DNA of 64,000 nucleotides, taken from IMG/VR virus record IMGVR_UViG_3300034082_003579. The stretch is one strand, 5' to 3'. Positions 9,218-18,694 of this stretch are shown piece after piece (position 1 is the first letter of the stretch; every line of letters starts with the position of its first letter). The translations under genes were made by a program, and so were the position numbers. This DNA is from a virus. Taxonomy: Duplodnaviria; Heunggongvirae; Uroviricota; Caudoviricetes. The notes under the pieces are model-generated. The model saw only the letters and a list, made by a program, of their open reading frames with translations, was not told where the DNA came from and made no database searches.

Positions 9218-10028
9218 TTTGATGTAAAAAATTTAGCTGTGTTATCAAGCGTTCTAGGTCCGGTAGCGGCACCATGTTGGGACCATCGCTGGGTGCTGAA
9301 TCGGGATCTTCATGTGTTTCGATAAACACTGCCGCTACTGATCCGGTTGCTATTGCCGCCCGGGCCAATGGGGCGGCCATCCGTCGATCGCCGCCTGAGC
9401 TTGAGCCAAATGCTCCAGGCTGTTGGACACTATGTGTAGCGTCATAAACCACGGGATACCCAGTATCAGCCATAATGGGTAAGCTACGCATATCCACAAC
9501 CAAATTATTATATCCATGAGTATATCCTCTTTCACATAACATAATTCTTTCATTACCAGTAGAAGCAATTTTTTCAGCAACATTTTTCATGTCATGCGGT
9601 GCTAAAAATTGTCCTTTCTTTACATTGATCACACACCCAGTCCGACCGGCTGCTATCAACAGATCAGTCTGACGACAAAGAAATGCTGGAATTTGCAACA
9701 CATCGACGCCAGCATCGGCGCACACTTGAGCTTGATAGCTTTCGTGAATGTCGGTCAATACTGGAATACCGTAACGATGCTTGATACCGTTGAGAATTTT
9801 CAAACCCTCATCTATACCGACACCACGGGGTGTGACAGCACTACTTCTATTGGCCTTGTCAAAGCTACTTTTGTAAATAAGAGGAATACCTAATTTGCGA
9901 GTGATATCAAGAATTGATCCTGCCATGTGTTGAGCATGTGTTTCGCTTTCGATTTGGCACGGACCAGCAATGAGAACCAGGGGGCTGTCGCCGCCAATGG
10001 TCATGCGATTGATCTGGATCGTTTTCAT
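9192..10028 (-). CDS. kdsA: KDO 8-phosphate synthase
   Basis: IAGPCQIES, KSSFDKANRSS, LQIPAFLCRQTDL, NVKKGQF, CERG, DATHSVQQPG, ETHEDPDSAPSDG. Confidence 0.95.
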   Translation of the reverse strand: MKTIQINRMTIGGDSPLVLIAGPCQIESETHAQHMAGSILDITRKLGIPLIYKSSFDKANRSSAVTPRGVGIDEGLKILNGIKHRYGIPVLTDIHESYQAQVCADAGVDVLQIPAFLCRQTDLLIAAGRTGCVINVKKGQFLAPHDMKNVAEKIASTGNERIMLCERGYTHGYNNLVVDMRSLPIMADTGYPVVYDATHSVQQPGAFGSSSGGDRRMAAPLARAAIATGSVAAVFIETHEDPDSAPSDGPNMVPLPDLERLITQLNFLHQNVQQYLED

Positions 10029-10031
10029 TGA

Positions 10032-10517
10032 TTAATCCGCAAACTCGTTGTCTTCCCTATGTCCTGACCGTCCAGCCATATTGCTGTCAGTTTCTCGAAC
10101 TTCTACTCGGCAGCACCAAACTCGTTTGGCTTCTTCTGCACCGCAATTGGGCAAATAAATGGTATTGATATATTCATACAAGAAATCTGCTAGTCCTTCG
10201 CATCCAGTACGTTCAACTTCGGTAATCTTGGCCAAGCCCAGCTTTCCTAGGTTCAGCAAGTGTTCACGTTGTGGATCATCCTGTGCCACTAGCAAAGTAT
10301 GGTCAAACCATTCTTCTAGTTTGTCTTTTAGTTCTCTTAATCCACCAAAGTCAGTCACCCAGTTACGAGCATCTAGTGTGTCGGCTTCGAACTCAAAGTG
10401 AAAGCTCATGGCATATCCGTGAATTAAGTTGCAATGACTGTCAGCACGCCATTGACGATAAGCGACAGGACCAATTTGTCTGTAAGTTTTTGTTGAAAAG
10501 AATTTTTTATTTGACAT
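10032..10517 (-). CDS. queD: 6-carboxy-tetrahydropterin synthase
   Basis: HCNLIHGY, DFGGL, FDHTLL, EGLA, VRET; start set at ATG 10517. Confidence 0.9.
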   Translation of the reverse strand: MSNKKFFSTKTYRQIGPVAYRQWRADSHCNLIHGYAMSFHFEFEADTLDARNWVTDFGGLRELKDKLEEWFDHTLLVAQDDPQREHLLNLGKLGLAKITEVERTGCEGLADFLYEYINTIYLPNCGAEEAKRVWCCRVEVRETDSNMAGRSGHREDNEFAD

Positions 10518-10519
10518 GA

Positions 10520-10861
10520 TTAATGATTCCTTGATCCGTCGAATACACAATTGAATACGAGATCGATCTCGTGGGTGTTGATGACACGATGAAACGCACC
10601 GTCAGGAATGATTACTACGTCCCCGGTAGTGACTGCAAATGCATCGGAATCTTCGTCGCCTACAATCATCTGTCCTGTGCCAGCAATGAAGAAATATATT
10701 TCTTCTTGCCCAGCATGTCTATGCCCACGAGTCTGCCGATGAGCATGCAATCGTGTTTGACTCAAGGTCAAGTTTTTTAACTGTTGATTGTCGATGATCT
10801 GATAGGTTTCGTCATCTTTGACAATGTCTCCACCTATGTTGTAGTTTGTCAGATTTGCCAT
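10520..10861 (-). CDS. cupin domain protein
   Basis: HRHAGQEEIYFF...IPDGAFHRVIN metal-binding cupin motifs. Confidence 0.82.
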   Translation of the reverse strand: MANLTNYNIGGDIVKDDETYQIIDNQQLKNLTLSQTRLHAHRQTRGHRHAGQEEIYFFIAGTGQMIVGDEDSDAFAVTTGDVVIIPDGAFHRVINTHEIDLVFNCVFDGSRNH

Positions 10862-10867
10862 TATTGA

Positions 10868-10910
10868 TCTCCTATGATATATTATAGCATAGGCTTGCAG
10901 AATTTGTAAA
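10868..10910 (-). promoter_or_regulatory. sigma70 promoter with -10 inside an SD-overlapping hairpin
   Basis: TTTACA-18-(TGc)TATAAT; CCTATG/CATAGG arms flank the -10, 3' arm overlaps AGGAG. Confidence 0.6.
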
Positions 10911-10954
10911 GCGGGATGAATGCCAGAAAAAGGCCGCTACAGTGCTTTTTAAAA

Positions 10955-12034
10955 TTAAACATTTAACTTTATGAGGTGTTTGCTTAAGAATTCTTTTAAT
11001 CTTTCTAATCGATACTTATGGTCGCAGACATGTTGGTGATTATAATCCAACACAGTTTGTGCTGTTTTGTAAACGTCTACATGATTAGATTTAGATAATT
11101 TTATCACTTGATCAAATGCCATAGACCACCGGGCATTGTGATCGGGTTCTTGGTCATAACTTTCATCAATAATTCCATGAAAGGTTTGATAGCCCATACT
11201 TTGTAAGTGTGCCAGTGATCCTTGTGGACCAAACATTACAAATATTTTTTTTTCAAACAACGGTTTGGCTGTTTTTTCTGAGAGAAAATTTGAAAACCAT
11301 GGATTGGTTTCGGCCACTATAGAATACCAACTGTTTTGATAAATTTTAAAAGGAATACTGTGGCTTACCCCAATGCCGTTGGCCAACCCAGGAAGTCCCC
11401 GCATGCTGTTTTTGCGGGCATCCTCAGTGATTATTGGATCATCATATTCAATTAGATCTGGACTGGTGTAGTTTACACTGCCATGTATGTTGAGAAAAGT
11501 TTGATTCAATAGATCCGCTTCGATTAATTTTTCATATACAAGTATTCTGTGCTCTTTTGCAATTCCCAGCAAAGCGTCAAATATTTTGGGTTTGCTTGTG
11601 GTCTGATCCCAAGACTGATATTTACATACATCAACTATTTTTGAAAAAAAATGTCCCAGATGATCAAACACCAAATCATCTGGGTAATGATCCATTACAA
11701 ATCTCCCGTTGGCAACACAAATCAAATTTTTATTATTAAAGTGCTCAGAAGTCATGTCATAATACGATTCCCATGGACCGATGATCAATTCGCTGGTGTA
11801 GCAAATAAGCAAATTGGCCCAACTGAGATCCTGCGGAGGCTGGTTTCCTCCGCCCCATGACCACCAATCCCTAACAACAACTTTTTTTCTATGGTCATTT
11901 TTAATTTGCTGGGGGTCAATATCGCTTACAATCTCTGCATTACCAAACAGTTCAATACCTAATCGATTAGCAAGATTCAATTCATACGTGTGATCTGGAT
12001 CCCAAATCAAAACATTTTTTAAATCAATAGTCAT
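10955..12034 (-). CDS. hypothetical protein, possibly GT-B/exostosin-like
   Basis: 359 aa; YSIVAET...FLSEKTAKP resembles the ENS...TEK segment of the GT10-like gene at 60.7 kb. Confidence 0.45.
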   Translation of the reverse strand: MTIDLKNVLIWDPDHTYELNLANRLGIELFGNAEIVSDIDPQQIKNDHRKKVVVRDWWSWGGGNQPPQDLSWANLLICYTSELIIGPWESYYDMTSEHFNNKNLICVANGRFVMDHYPDDLVFDHLGHFFSKIVDVCKYQSWDQTTSKPKIFDALLGIAKEHRILVYEKLIEADLLNQTFLNIHGSVNYTSPDLIEYDDPIITEDARKNSMRGLPGLANGIGVSHSIPFKIYQNSWYSIVAETNPWFSNFLSEKTAKPLFEKKIFVMFGPQGSLAHLQSMGYQTFHGIIDESYDQEPDHNARWSMAFDQVIKLSKSNHVDVYKTAQTVLDYNHQHVCDHKYRLERLKEFLSKHLIKLNV

Positions 12035-12051
12035 TATTTTTTGTAGTTATC

Positions 12052-12843
12052 TTAACGTGGAGCAAACTCTTGTTGTAGTTTGATATTGTCAAAAAACTCT
12101 TTCTTGGTGCCAGGATCGGACAAGAATGCCCCGCGAAGCACTGTGGTCTGTGTCAAACTTGAGTGTGCCATAATACCGCGATTCTCACAGCAGCCGTGTG
12201 TGGCTTGAATATACACACCCACATTCTCACTGTCTGTAGCCCGCATTATTTCTCTTGCAATGTCGTTGCAAAGTTCTTCCTGCAAAGTACCACGGCGGCT
12301 GCACCACTGAGCAATCCTAGTATACTTAGATAGCCCGATAAGTTTATTTGCGGCAATGATTCCAATGTAGGCAACACCGCTAACAGGCTGATGATGGTGA
12401 CTGCACATACTGCGCAACTCACTGCGCACAACCAACATACCTTCATATCTATCCTTTGAATCATTCGGAAACGCTGTTGCGTCTGGTGCCGGTTCATATC
12501 GCCCAGACATAATTTCGTACACATACATCTTGGCCAATCTGCGTGCTGTACCGCGACTGTTAGGATCTGTGACTGTGTCAATTACCAAACTTTGTAACAC
12601 GTCTTCAAATTTGACTGTGAGTTCGTCTACTAGTTGAGTTTTTTCCTCTTCTGTGATGTGTGCTGAAATGTTGTCACCGGCCCAATATCTGACCTTGCCT
12701 GCTTCTAAACGTTGCCGAATTACTTGTGATAAATGTTTTTCTTTATAGTTTTTATCGTCGTCACCTTGTTGTTGTGCGCCTGCAAGTGAGTTTCTTATTT
12801 CTTGGTCTCTTTTTAAGAGTTCTGGTGGTGTTGGATTGCCCAT
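12052..12843 (-). CDS. folE: GTP cyclohydrolase I
   Basis: TARRLAKMY, SMCSHHHQP, GLSKYTR, LQEEL, HGCCENRG. Confidence 0.95.
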   Translation of the reverse strand: MGNPTPPELLKRDQEIRNSLAGAQQQGDDDKNYKEKHLSQVIRQRLEAGKVRYWAGDNISAHITEEEKTQLVDELTVKFEDVLQSLVIDTVTDPNSRGTARRLAKMYVYEIMSGRYEPAPDATAFPNDSKDRYEGMLVVRSELRSMCSHHHQPVSGVAYIGIIAANKLIGLSKYTRIAQWCSRRGTLQEELCNDIAREIMRATDSENVGVYIQATHGCCENRGIMAHSSLTQTTVLRGAFLSDPGTKKEFFDNIKLQQEFAPR

Positions 12844-12892
12844 TTATTTCTCCGAGTTATTTGTTGTGGTCGAGGATGACCAATCATAATGT

Positions 12893-12921
12893 AGTATACA
12901 GTTTATTTAGATCTAAGTCAA
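12893..12921 (-). promoter_or_regulatory. nested sigma70 and late promoters for folE
   Basis: TTGACT-17-TATACT with CTAAATA (12904-12910) in the spacer. Confidence 0.65.
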
Positions 12922-12938
12922 TCAATTATTATTTTTTT

Positions 12939-13715
12939 TTAATAACGTGTTATCCAATATTCGTGCAATACTTTTAATTTTTCGTAGTCTACAGTAGATC
13001 CAATGGAATTTGCAATTTCTTTTAGAAAAAAATAAATTTTTTGAAAATCTAACAAATCATGCATTACTATATCAGGATTTGATATAGTAAAATTAACCCT
13101 TGTGTCATTTTCGACTACCCAATCTATCCATTCTTCTTTAGAAGAAAATGGACCATGCTTCCATTTATTTTTAAAAAACGCTGCGTTCTGATATTTTTGC
13201 TCTGGCATAGGTTTATCCATCATAGTATGGCCCATTTTTGTCACTTCGTCCCAGATATAAATCTTTTTGAGCAATCTTTTTTTGAAGCCCGGGTCATTGA
13301 TGTTTGCATCTAATTTAATAATTTTTGATTGTTTCCACCAATCTGGAACTACTTTTTTGTTTAAAAAATCCAAAATTATCTTGTCAGATTCCCATATCTC
13401 TTTAAAATATTGGCTACTTTGAATTTGGCACAAATCATCAAATTCCGATAATGATAATTCTTCTCCTCTTGGCATAGTTCTACTAAAAAATGTCAAATCC
13501 CAACAAGTAATAGGTTCAGATGCCAACCAGAGTTCTTTATTGTCTGGATTCCAGAGATTTTTTATATAATTTTCCCAAGATAAATTTTGAAATTCAACAT
13601 CGGGATTCCAGTGTGCAATTTTCTCAATGGTTGTTAATGCTAAACACAAAAACTTTCCGCCTGTTCCAGGTCGATAATTAACAATCATCCATTTGTTGGG
13701 ATTAAGATAAGTCAT
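12939..13715 (-). CDS. hypothetical protein (AT-rich island)
   Basis: 258 aa; N-terminal PGTGGKFL loop, possibly sulfotransferase/P-loop-like. Confidence 0.5.
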   Translation of the reverse strand: MTYLNPNKWMIVNYRPGTGGKFLCLALTTIEKIAHWNPDVEFQNLSWENYIKNLWNPDNKELWLASEPITCWDLTFFSRTMPRGEELSLSEFDDLCQIQSSQYFKEIWESDKIILDFLNKKVVPDWWKQSKIIKLDANINDPGFKKRLLKKIYIWDEVTKMGHTMMDKPMPEQKYQNAAFFKNKWKHGPFSSKEEWIDWVVENDTRVNFTISNPDIVMHDLLDFQKIYFFLKEIANSIGSTVDYEKLKVLHEYWITRY

Positions 13716-14343
13716 TGACTATTTTCATTGTTGAGCAATCGGGATACTTTAAAAACATACTATCAGTCTGAGAAATCAATGATTGGGAACTTAATAGATT
13801 CATTCCAACAATGCATTCTTCAGGCCTTAAATAATAGTGAAATCCAGGTTCAAAAATTTCTTGATCTATCCAATTTTTATATTTAAAAATATCTCTACCG
13901 TCGTATCTCATTCTATTAGCACGCTCAGCCAATATTGGATCATCAGTTAATATTGCACCGCCCTTGCCTATTGATAATGGTTTTTCTCTATTAAAACTTA
14001 TGCATTGCACTTGATTTTTTTCATACATATTTTTTTTAAAATATCTTGCACAATCCCAGATGTGAGTGCTTGTAAAATTATATTTTTTGTCTGCAAACCA
14101 ATTAACTTCATTGAATTGATAGTTAATATTTAATTTATGCATTAACATTACAACACTAAGATATGTTCTACATGGAAAACTTGTTTTTTTTGGAAGATTA
14201 ATTCGTAGAGCTATTTCAATAGCATGGGTGCAGGAATCAGTTACGATAGCATATGGAGCACCGGTATATTGTTGCAACATGCATTCGAATTCTTTTACCG
14301 CATCAAATGGATTACTATATTGATCTAGAGATTTAATTTGCAT
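13702..14343 (-). CDS. short DegT/DnrJ/EryC1/StrS PLP aminotransferase
   Basis: FECMLQQYTGAPYAIVTDSCTHA, SFNREKPLSIGKGGAILTDD (PLP lysine). Confidence 0.8.
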   Translation of the reverse strand: MQIKSLDQYSNPFDAVKEFECMLQQYTGAPYAIVTDSCTHAIEIALRINLPKKTSFPCRTYLSVVMLMHKLNINYQFNEVNWFADKKYNFTSTHIWDCARYFKKNMYEKNQVQCISFNREKPLSIGKGGAILTDDPILAERANRMRYDGRDIFKYKNWIDQEIFEPGFHYYLRPEECIVGMNLLSSQSLISQTDSMFLKYPDCSTMKIVNDLS

Positions 14344-14849
14344 TATAAATGCCCTGTTATTTGAACAGTGTAACGAGGCTGAACACCAAAATTACCAGCG
14401 AAATGCGGAACATCATGATTCCAATGTACATAATCTCCGGCTTTCCACGGCATCAATGGTTTACCGTCAATTTCGAAATAATGTCCGCTGCACCAATTTT
14501 CGAGAAAAACCACTGCGCGACAAACATCTATAGATTCCACTCCGAATCGTTTTGTGTATGATGTATAACTGTCTGAGTGCATTGGTAAAGCATCACACGT
14601 ATTCATTTTGTAAAAAGCAATACTGACATTTTTCCAAGGGAACAACATAAAAAATTTGTTTGCCAACTCCGGCATCGGATTAGGCATACTGTACAATTCT
14701 CCGTTAAGATTTAAATGATGATAACCTTCGTTAATCCACCGAACTAAATCATGTGTATTTTTTAACGGATAGTATTGATAATTGAGATTCTTAAAACTTA
14801 AATCCCACCATGGGTCTATGTGTCCAGTTTCCCATTTATTCGCTGACAT
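14343..14849 (-). CDS. 2OG-Fe(II)/cupin-type oxygenase
   Basis: LPMHSD HxD, WNHDVPH, RYTVQITG; start set at ATG 14849. Confidence 0.7.
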   Translation of the reverse strand: MSANKWETGHIDPWWDLSFKNLNYQYYPLKNTHDLVRWINEGYHHLNLNGELYSMPNPMPELANKFFMLFPWKNVSIAFYKMNTCDALPMHSDSYTSYTKRFGVESIDVCRAVVFLENWCSGHYFEIDGKPLMPWKAGDYVHWNHDVPHFAGNFGVQPRYTVQITGHL

Positions 14850-15201
14850 GATTTTTTTTGATTTCACGCACTGTGTCCTTGTTTAAAATATCGGCAATTT
14901 TGTTTTTAGTTTTAATTCGAATATTGTTCCAATTTCTGATTTCTATTGCACGTCTTCCGATTTCTTCTAAACTTATCATATTTTCATGCCCACTCTTTAA
15001 TTCGCTTTCTAACATCCATATTTTTTCGTGAATTGACATTAGCTCTTGAATTTCGTTTTTTATCCGTTCGACGGAAATATTATCAATTTGTTTTTTATAA
15101 AACTCAAGTTCATCTTTGTTTAATCCATTGGTTTTTTTAAATTTAATACAAGCAATGCTGTACCTGTCAATGAGTTCAATGATCGGAAATATAATGTTCA
15201 T
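14836..15201 (-). CDS. hypothetical helical protein
   Basis: 121-aa ORF coupled to both neighbours. Confidence 0.7.
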   Translation of the reverse strand: MNIIFPIIELIDRYSIACIKFKKTNGLNKDELEFYKKQIDNISVERIKNEIQELMSIHEKIWMLESELKSGHENMISLEEIGRRAIEIRNWNNIRIKTKNKIADILNKDTVREIKKNHVSE

Positions 15202-16226
15202 ACGTATAAATTTTCTATTTTCTCAGGGTCGTTGATAATATCTTGTATGGTGTTATTGGTTGCATTTGGTCTACACGGCGAGCATAATCCCACATTGGTA
15301 TGGTTGTATATGTCATGATGTCGCTGTGACATCCACAAATCTCTAAAATCATTCTCGTCCCATCTACCTAGGCTAAAGTTAGGGTTACCTTTGTTGTCAC
15401 AACAGACATAAATGTATCCGTCGGCACAAAACACAGGAAAATGATACATCTGATGACAACGTTTATATTTTCTAGGTTGTGTTTTATTTTCATTGATCCA
15501 ATATCGAATACCTGTTCTTTTTGACGCTTGTTCAATCCACAGTTTAAGTTGTTCGGTGATAGTGTGTGCTATATTATTATAGATAACTGGTCTGAAATAT
15601 AACTTTCTGCCATTGATCGATTTTACATAATCAAATAAATTGTCAATAGCTTCTTGATTATCGTTGTAAGGATTAATCAGACATTTAAAATCGACATTAA
15701 CTCCAATTTTAATCAGTTCTTTGGCATTTTCGGTTACTCTAGGAAAAAGACTTTTTGCTGTTAGGCTTCGGCGTATTTTTTCGTATAGATCCTCGGTTCC
15801 GGCATCAACGTCGATTCCGATCCAGGCTATTTTTTTTAATTTTTCAATTGGAACACTGTCAAGTAATCGATCGAGTTTGGATCCATTGGTGGTAATTGAC
15901 GTTAAAAATCCCAAGTCTATGGTATGCTCGATAACATGCTCGTATCCATTCAATACTGTGGGTTCTCCCCCACCGGGATAGGTAATAGTATGAGTAGTTC
16001 CAAAGCTATTAGGAGAATGTGATCTCCAAGTTGATAGTTTATCCAATAATCCAATATATTCTTTATAATTTTTTTGTACTGGTGCCATCTTTCGATGAAC
16101 CGCGGAATTGCAATAGTAACAATCTTGATTGCAAATATTAGTCAAGTCGATATCTACCTGCGCTGGCAGTAGAATTTTATGGTCTTGATTTTGCATCCAA
16201 TGTACTAACTCGGCCTCTCGATACAT
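15198..16226 (-). CDS. radical SAM protein with SPASM/twitch domain
   Basis: CNQDCYYC, GGGEPT, C-terminal C...DGYIYVCC...CSPC. Confidence 0.88.
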   Translation of the reverse strand: MYREAELVHWMQNQDHKILLPAQVDIDLTNICNQDCYYCNSAVHRKMAPVQKNYKEYIGLLDKLSTWRSHSPNSFGTTHTITYPGGGEPTVLNGYEHVIEHTIDLGFLTSITTNGSKLDRLLDSVPIEKLKKIAWIGIDVDAGTEDLYEKIRRSLTAKSLFPRVTENAKELIKIGVNVDFKCLINPYNDNQEAIDNLFDYVKSINGRKLYFRPVIYNNIAHTITEQLKLWIEQASKRTGIRYWINENKTQPRKYKRCHQMYHFPVFCADGYIYVCCDNKGNPNFSLGRWDENDFRDLWMSQRHHDIYNHTNVGLCSPCRPNATNNTIQDIINDPEKIENLYV

Positions 16227-16271
16227 AAGCTTTAATCTTTGAGTGAATAATTGCGTGGTAATATTTTTGTT

Positions 16272-16278
16272 TATTTAG
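16272..16278 (-). promoter_or_regulatory. late-type promoter for the AT-rich island
   Basis: CTAAATA in the 94-nt gap after galE. Confidence 0.5.
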
Positions 16279-16320
16279 TAATCTACGTAGTAAAGTTTCT
16301 TGCCAGAACCGGATGCATAA

Positions 16321-17268
16321 TCATCGATTATACCAAGTCCAGGCATGCTGAACTATATCTTGTAATGCAAAAGCAGGTTGCCAACCGGTGGCATTTGACC
16401 ATCTAGCAGGTGATGCTGTCAACTGTGCTGGATCACCTGTACGTCGAGGACCTGTGCTGACAGCAACCTTGCGACCGATAACAGACCTGGCCATGTCAAT
16501 AATTTCCATGTTGCTGTGTCCTTGATCTGTTCCTAGATTAAAGATACCTGTTACATCTTGCTGTACTGCTAGAACATGTGCTTGGGCCAAATCTTCTACG
16601 TGAACATAATCACGTATGCAAGTGCCGTCGGCAGTGTCGAAGTCAGTTCCATTCAGTACAAACTCTTGATTGTCTCTCGCACTTTCTAGTACTCTGGCAA
16701 TGATGTGTGTGGCTCCAGGTGCTTGTCCGTGTCGAGCCTGGGGGTCAGCTCCACAGGCATTGAAATATCTAAATGCAGTGTACTTGAGATTGTAAGCACG
16801 GTGATAGGCCTGTAGCATAAATTCCACCATCAGCTTGCTTTCGCCGTAGGGACTGATGGGCATGGGAGGATCTTCTTCACTGCATGGTAACATGATAGGT
16901 TCACCATAGACCGCAGCACTGCTACTGAATATCAATTTGATATCGGTTAACTTGTTAGCTACTAGATAATCCAGCATGCATTTGGTTTTGACAAAATTAT
17001 TTTCATAATATGTGCTGGGATCCAATATGCTGGGACCAACTAAACTGGTCCCAGCACAATGAACAATAGCAACAGGTTGCGCACGAGCTATCAAGTGCAA
17101 ACAATTGGTTTCAGAAAAGTCCGAAACTAAAAAATCATCCACTACCGATTGAATAGCAGTGCCGGGCGTGTGTTGATCCACACCAATGACCTGATATCCA
17201 GCCGCTGACAATGCCAGCACAGTTTGTCCGCCGATATAGCCGGCTGCTCCAGTTACAATTACATTCAT
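16321..17268 (-). CDS. galE: UDP-glucose 4-epimerase
   Basis: TGAAGYIG, SSSAAVYG, YGESK, RYFNACGA, RDYVHVEDLA. Confidence 0.93.
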   Translation of the reverse strand: MNVIVTGAAGYIGGQTVLALSAAGYQVIGVDQHTPGTAIQSVVDDFLVSDFSETNCLHLIARAQPVAIVHCAGTSLVGPSILDPSTYYENNFVKTKCMLDYLVANKLTDIKLIFSSSAAVYGEPIMLPCSEEDPPMPISPYGESKLMVEFMLQAYHRAYNLKYTAFRYFNACGADPQARHGQAPGATHIIARVLESARDNQEFVLNGTDFDTADGTCIRDYVHVEDLAQAHVLAVQQDVTGIFNLGTDQGHSNMEIIDMARSVIGRKVAVSTGPRRTGDPAQLTASPARWSNATGWQPAFALQDIVQHAWTWYNR

Positions 17269-18470
17269 TCTTCTATCTTCCGTACATGATATTTAGGTTG
17301 ACTCACATGATCTCTGTAGCGATTTCCAGCACGATTCCATTGCTCACCGTTGCCTTCCAATATGTCCACAATGCGATCAACAGTGCTGTTGGTCCAATCA
17401 CTGATGAGACCCATGTTGTGATGTGGTTCACGCAAGAGATTCTGCATCTTGTGATAAGCATCGTCAATAGACCAAGGTACGTACAATCGGTTGGGATCAT
17501 CGGCAAAGGTTTCAGGGAAACTGCGATAAGCAGGATACAACACATTGCAACCCACTGTGTCTGCTTCACTCACTGTGTTGCTAACCCAGTCTTGCAAGGC
17601 ACAGTTAAACAACACACGAGTATCGTTGAGCAAGGCATAGTAATCATTCTTGCTTAGATTTTCATAAATTGCAAGACGTCCTTGTTGTTGCATTTGTCTT
17701 GCACGAGCAACATATTCCGGATTGTTACTACGCAACGGACCTCCAGACATGATAGCAAACTCGCATGGTTCAGTGGTTAACTGAGCATACATGTCAATGA
17801 GATCCATGAAGAATCCCGGCTGTTTCTCCTGATCAAATCTGGCAGCAAATGCCACACGTCTGGGTCTTTCTGCAAAAGGTTTGACGTTTGCCAAACCACC
17901 GATGCGTTCTAACACTTCGTCTTTGCCGAATGCTAGTCCTGAGATGTTGTAGATAGGAGCTGTCCACCCAGCAATACGCATGTGAGCAACCATTTCTTCA
18001 TTGGTGGCCAATACGTGAACATTGGGAACCTGATTTACCATGCGTTCATAAGTTGACATCCAGCCGGCCATGCCCCAGACATGCACAAAGTCGTCGGGAT
18101 CAATTGCCTGTGCCAAACAACGAACATAGATTTGTGGTTGAAGATTCGTTGGAACCTGATCCATGATATAGGGCAAGCTCTCAATACCAGGCGAAAACAT
18201 GTCCTCAAAATACACAACGTCATCGCTAGTAACTTCGCCATTTCGCATCATCTTGACAAGATTCATCATCTGACTCATGGCAAAGTAACTGCGTCCGTGT
18301 GCGTCTAACACTTGTCCTACTGAGATGGCACCTGAATTGTCAAGTGTTTCACCAGGAACATACACTACATCAAGTCCTCGACGTTCAAACACACGCCGAT
18401 TCCATTCAGTCAGTTGCAGAGTGTATCTTGATTCGTACGACTCTAGTGCCATGTAAAATAATTTACGCAT
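17265..18470 (-). CDS. GT-B fold glycosyltransferase
   Basis: AARFDQEKQP, QDWVSNTVSEA acceptor/donor motifs; start set at ATG 18470 (MRKLFYM). Confidence 0.7.
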   Translation of the reverse strand: MRKLFYMALESYESRYTLQLTEWNRRVFERRGLDVVYVPGETLDNSGAISVGQVLDAHGRSYFAMSQMMNLVKMMRNGEVTSDDVVYFEDMFSPGIESLPYIMDQVPTNLQPQIYVRCLAQAIDPDDFVHVWGMAGWMSTYERMVNQVPNVHVLATNEEMVAHMRIAGWTAPIYNISGLAFGKDEVLERIGGLANVKPFAERPRRVAFAARFDQEKQPGFFMDLIDMYAQLTTEPCEFAIMSGGPLRSNNPEYVARARQMQQQGRLAIYENLSKNDYYALLNDTRVLFNCALQDWVSNTVSEADTVGCNVLYPAYRSFPETFADDPNRLYVPWSIDDAYHKMQNLLREPHHNMGLISDWTNSTVDRIVDILEGNGEQWNRAGNRYRDHVSQPKYHVRKIEE

Positions 18471-18472
18471 GA

Positions 18473-18685
18473 TTAACGCACCCGTGGTGCATCTTGCATC
18501 CACATGTCTTTGACATGCTTGCCCTGCACACGTTTGTTGAATTGTTGGTAAGCATAGCTTTTCCAATTGTATAGATCTGCTTCGTTAAATTTATATCCAT
18601 AGTCGCGACAAAATTCAAGAAACTGTTCGAGGTCGTCGAAAATTTGTGTTACTTTAGGATTAGATTTGATTGATGGCTTGGCCAT
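18473..18685 (-). CDS. small hypothetical protein
   Basis: 70 aa, AAGGA SD. Confidence 0.75.
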   Translation of the reverse strand: MAKPSIKSNPKVTQIFDDLEQFLEFCRDYGYKFNEADLYNWKSYAYQQFNKRVQGKHVKDMWMQDAPRVR

Positions 18686-18694
18686 TGTGTTTCC

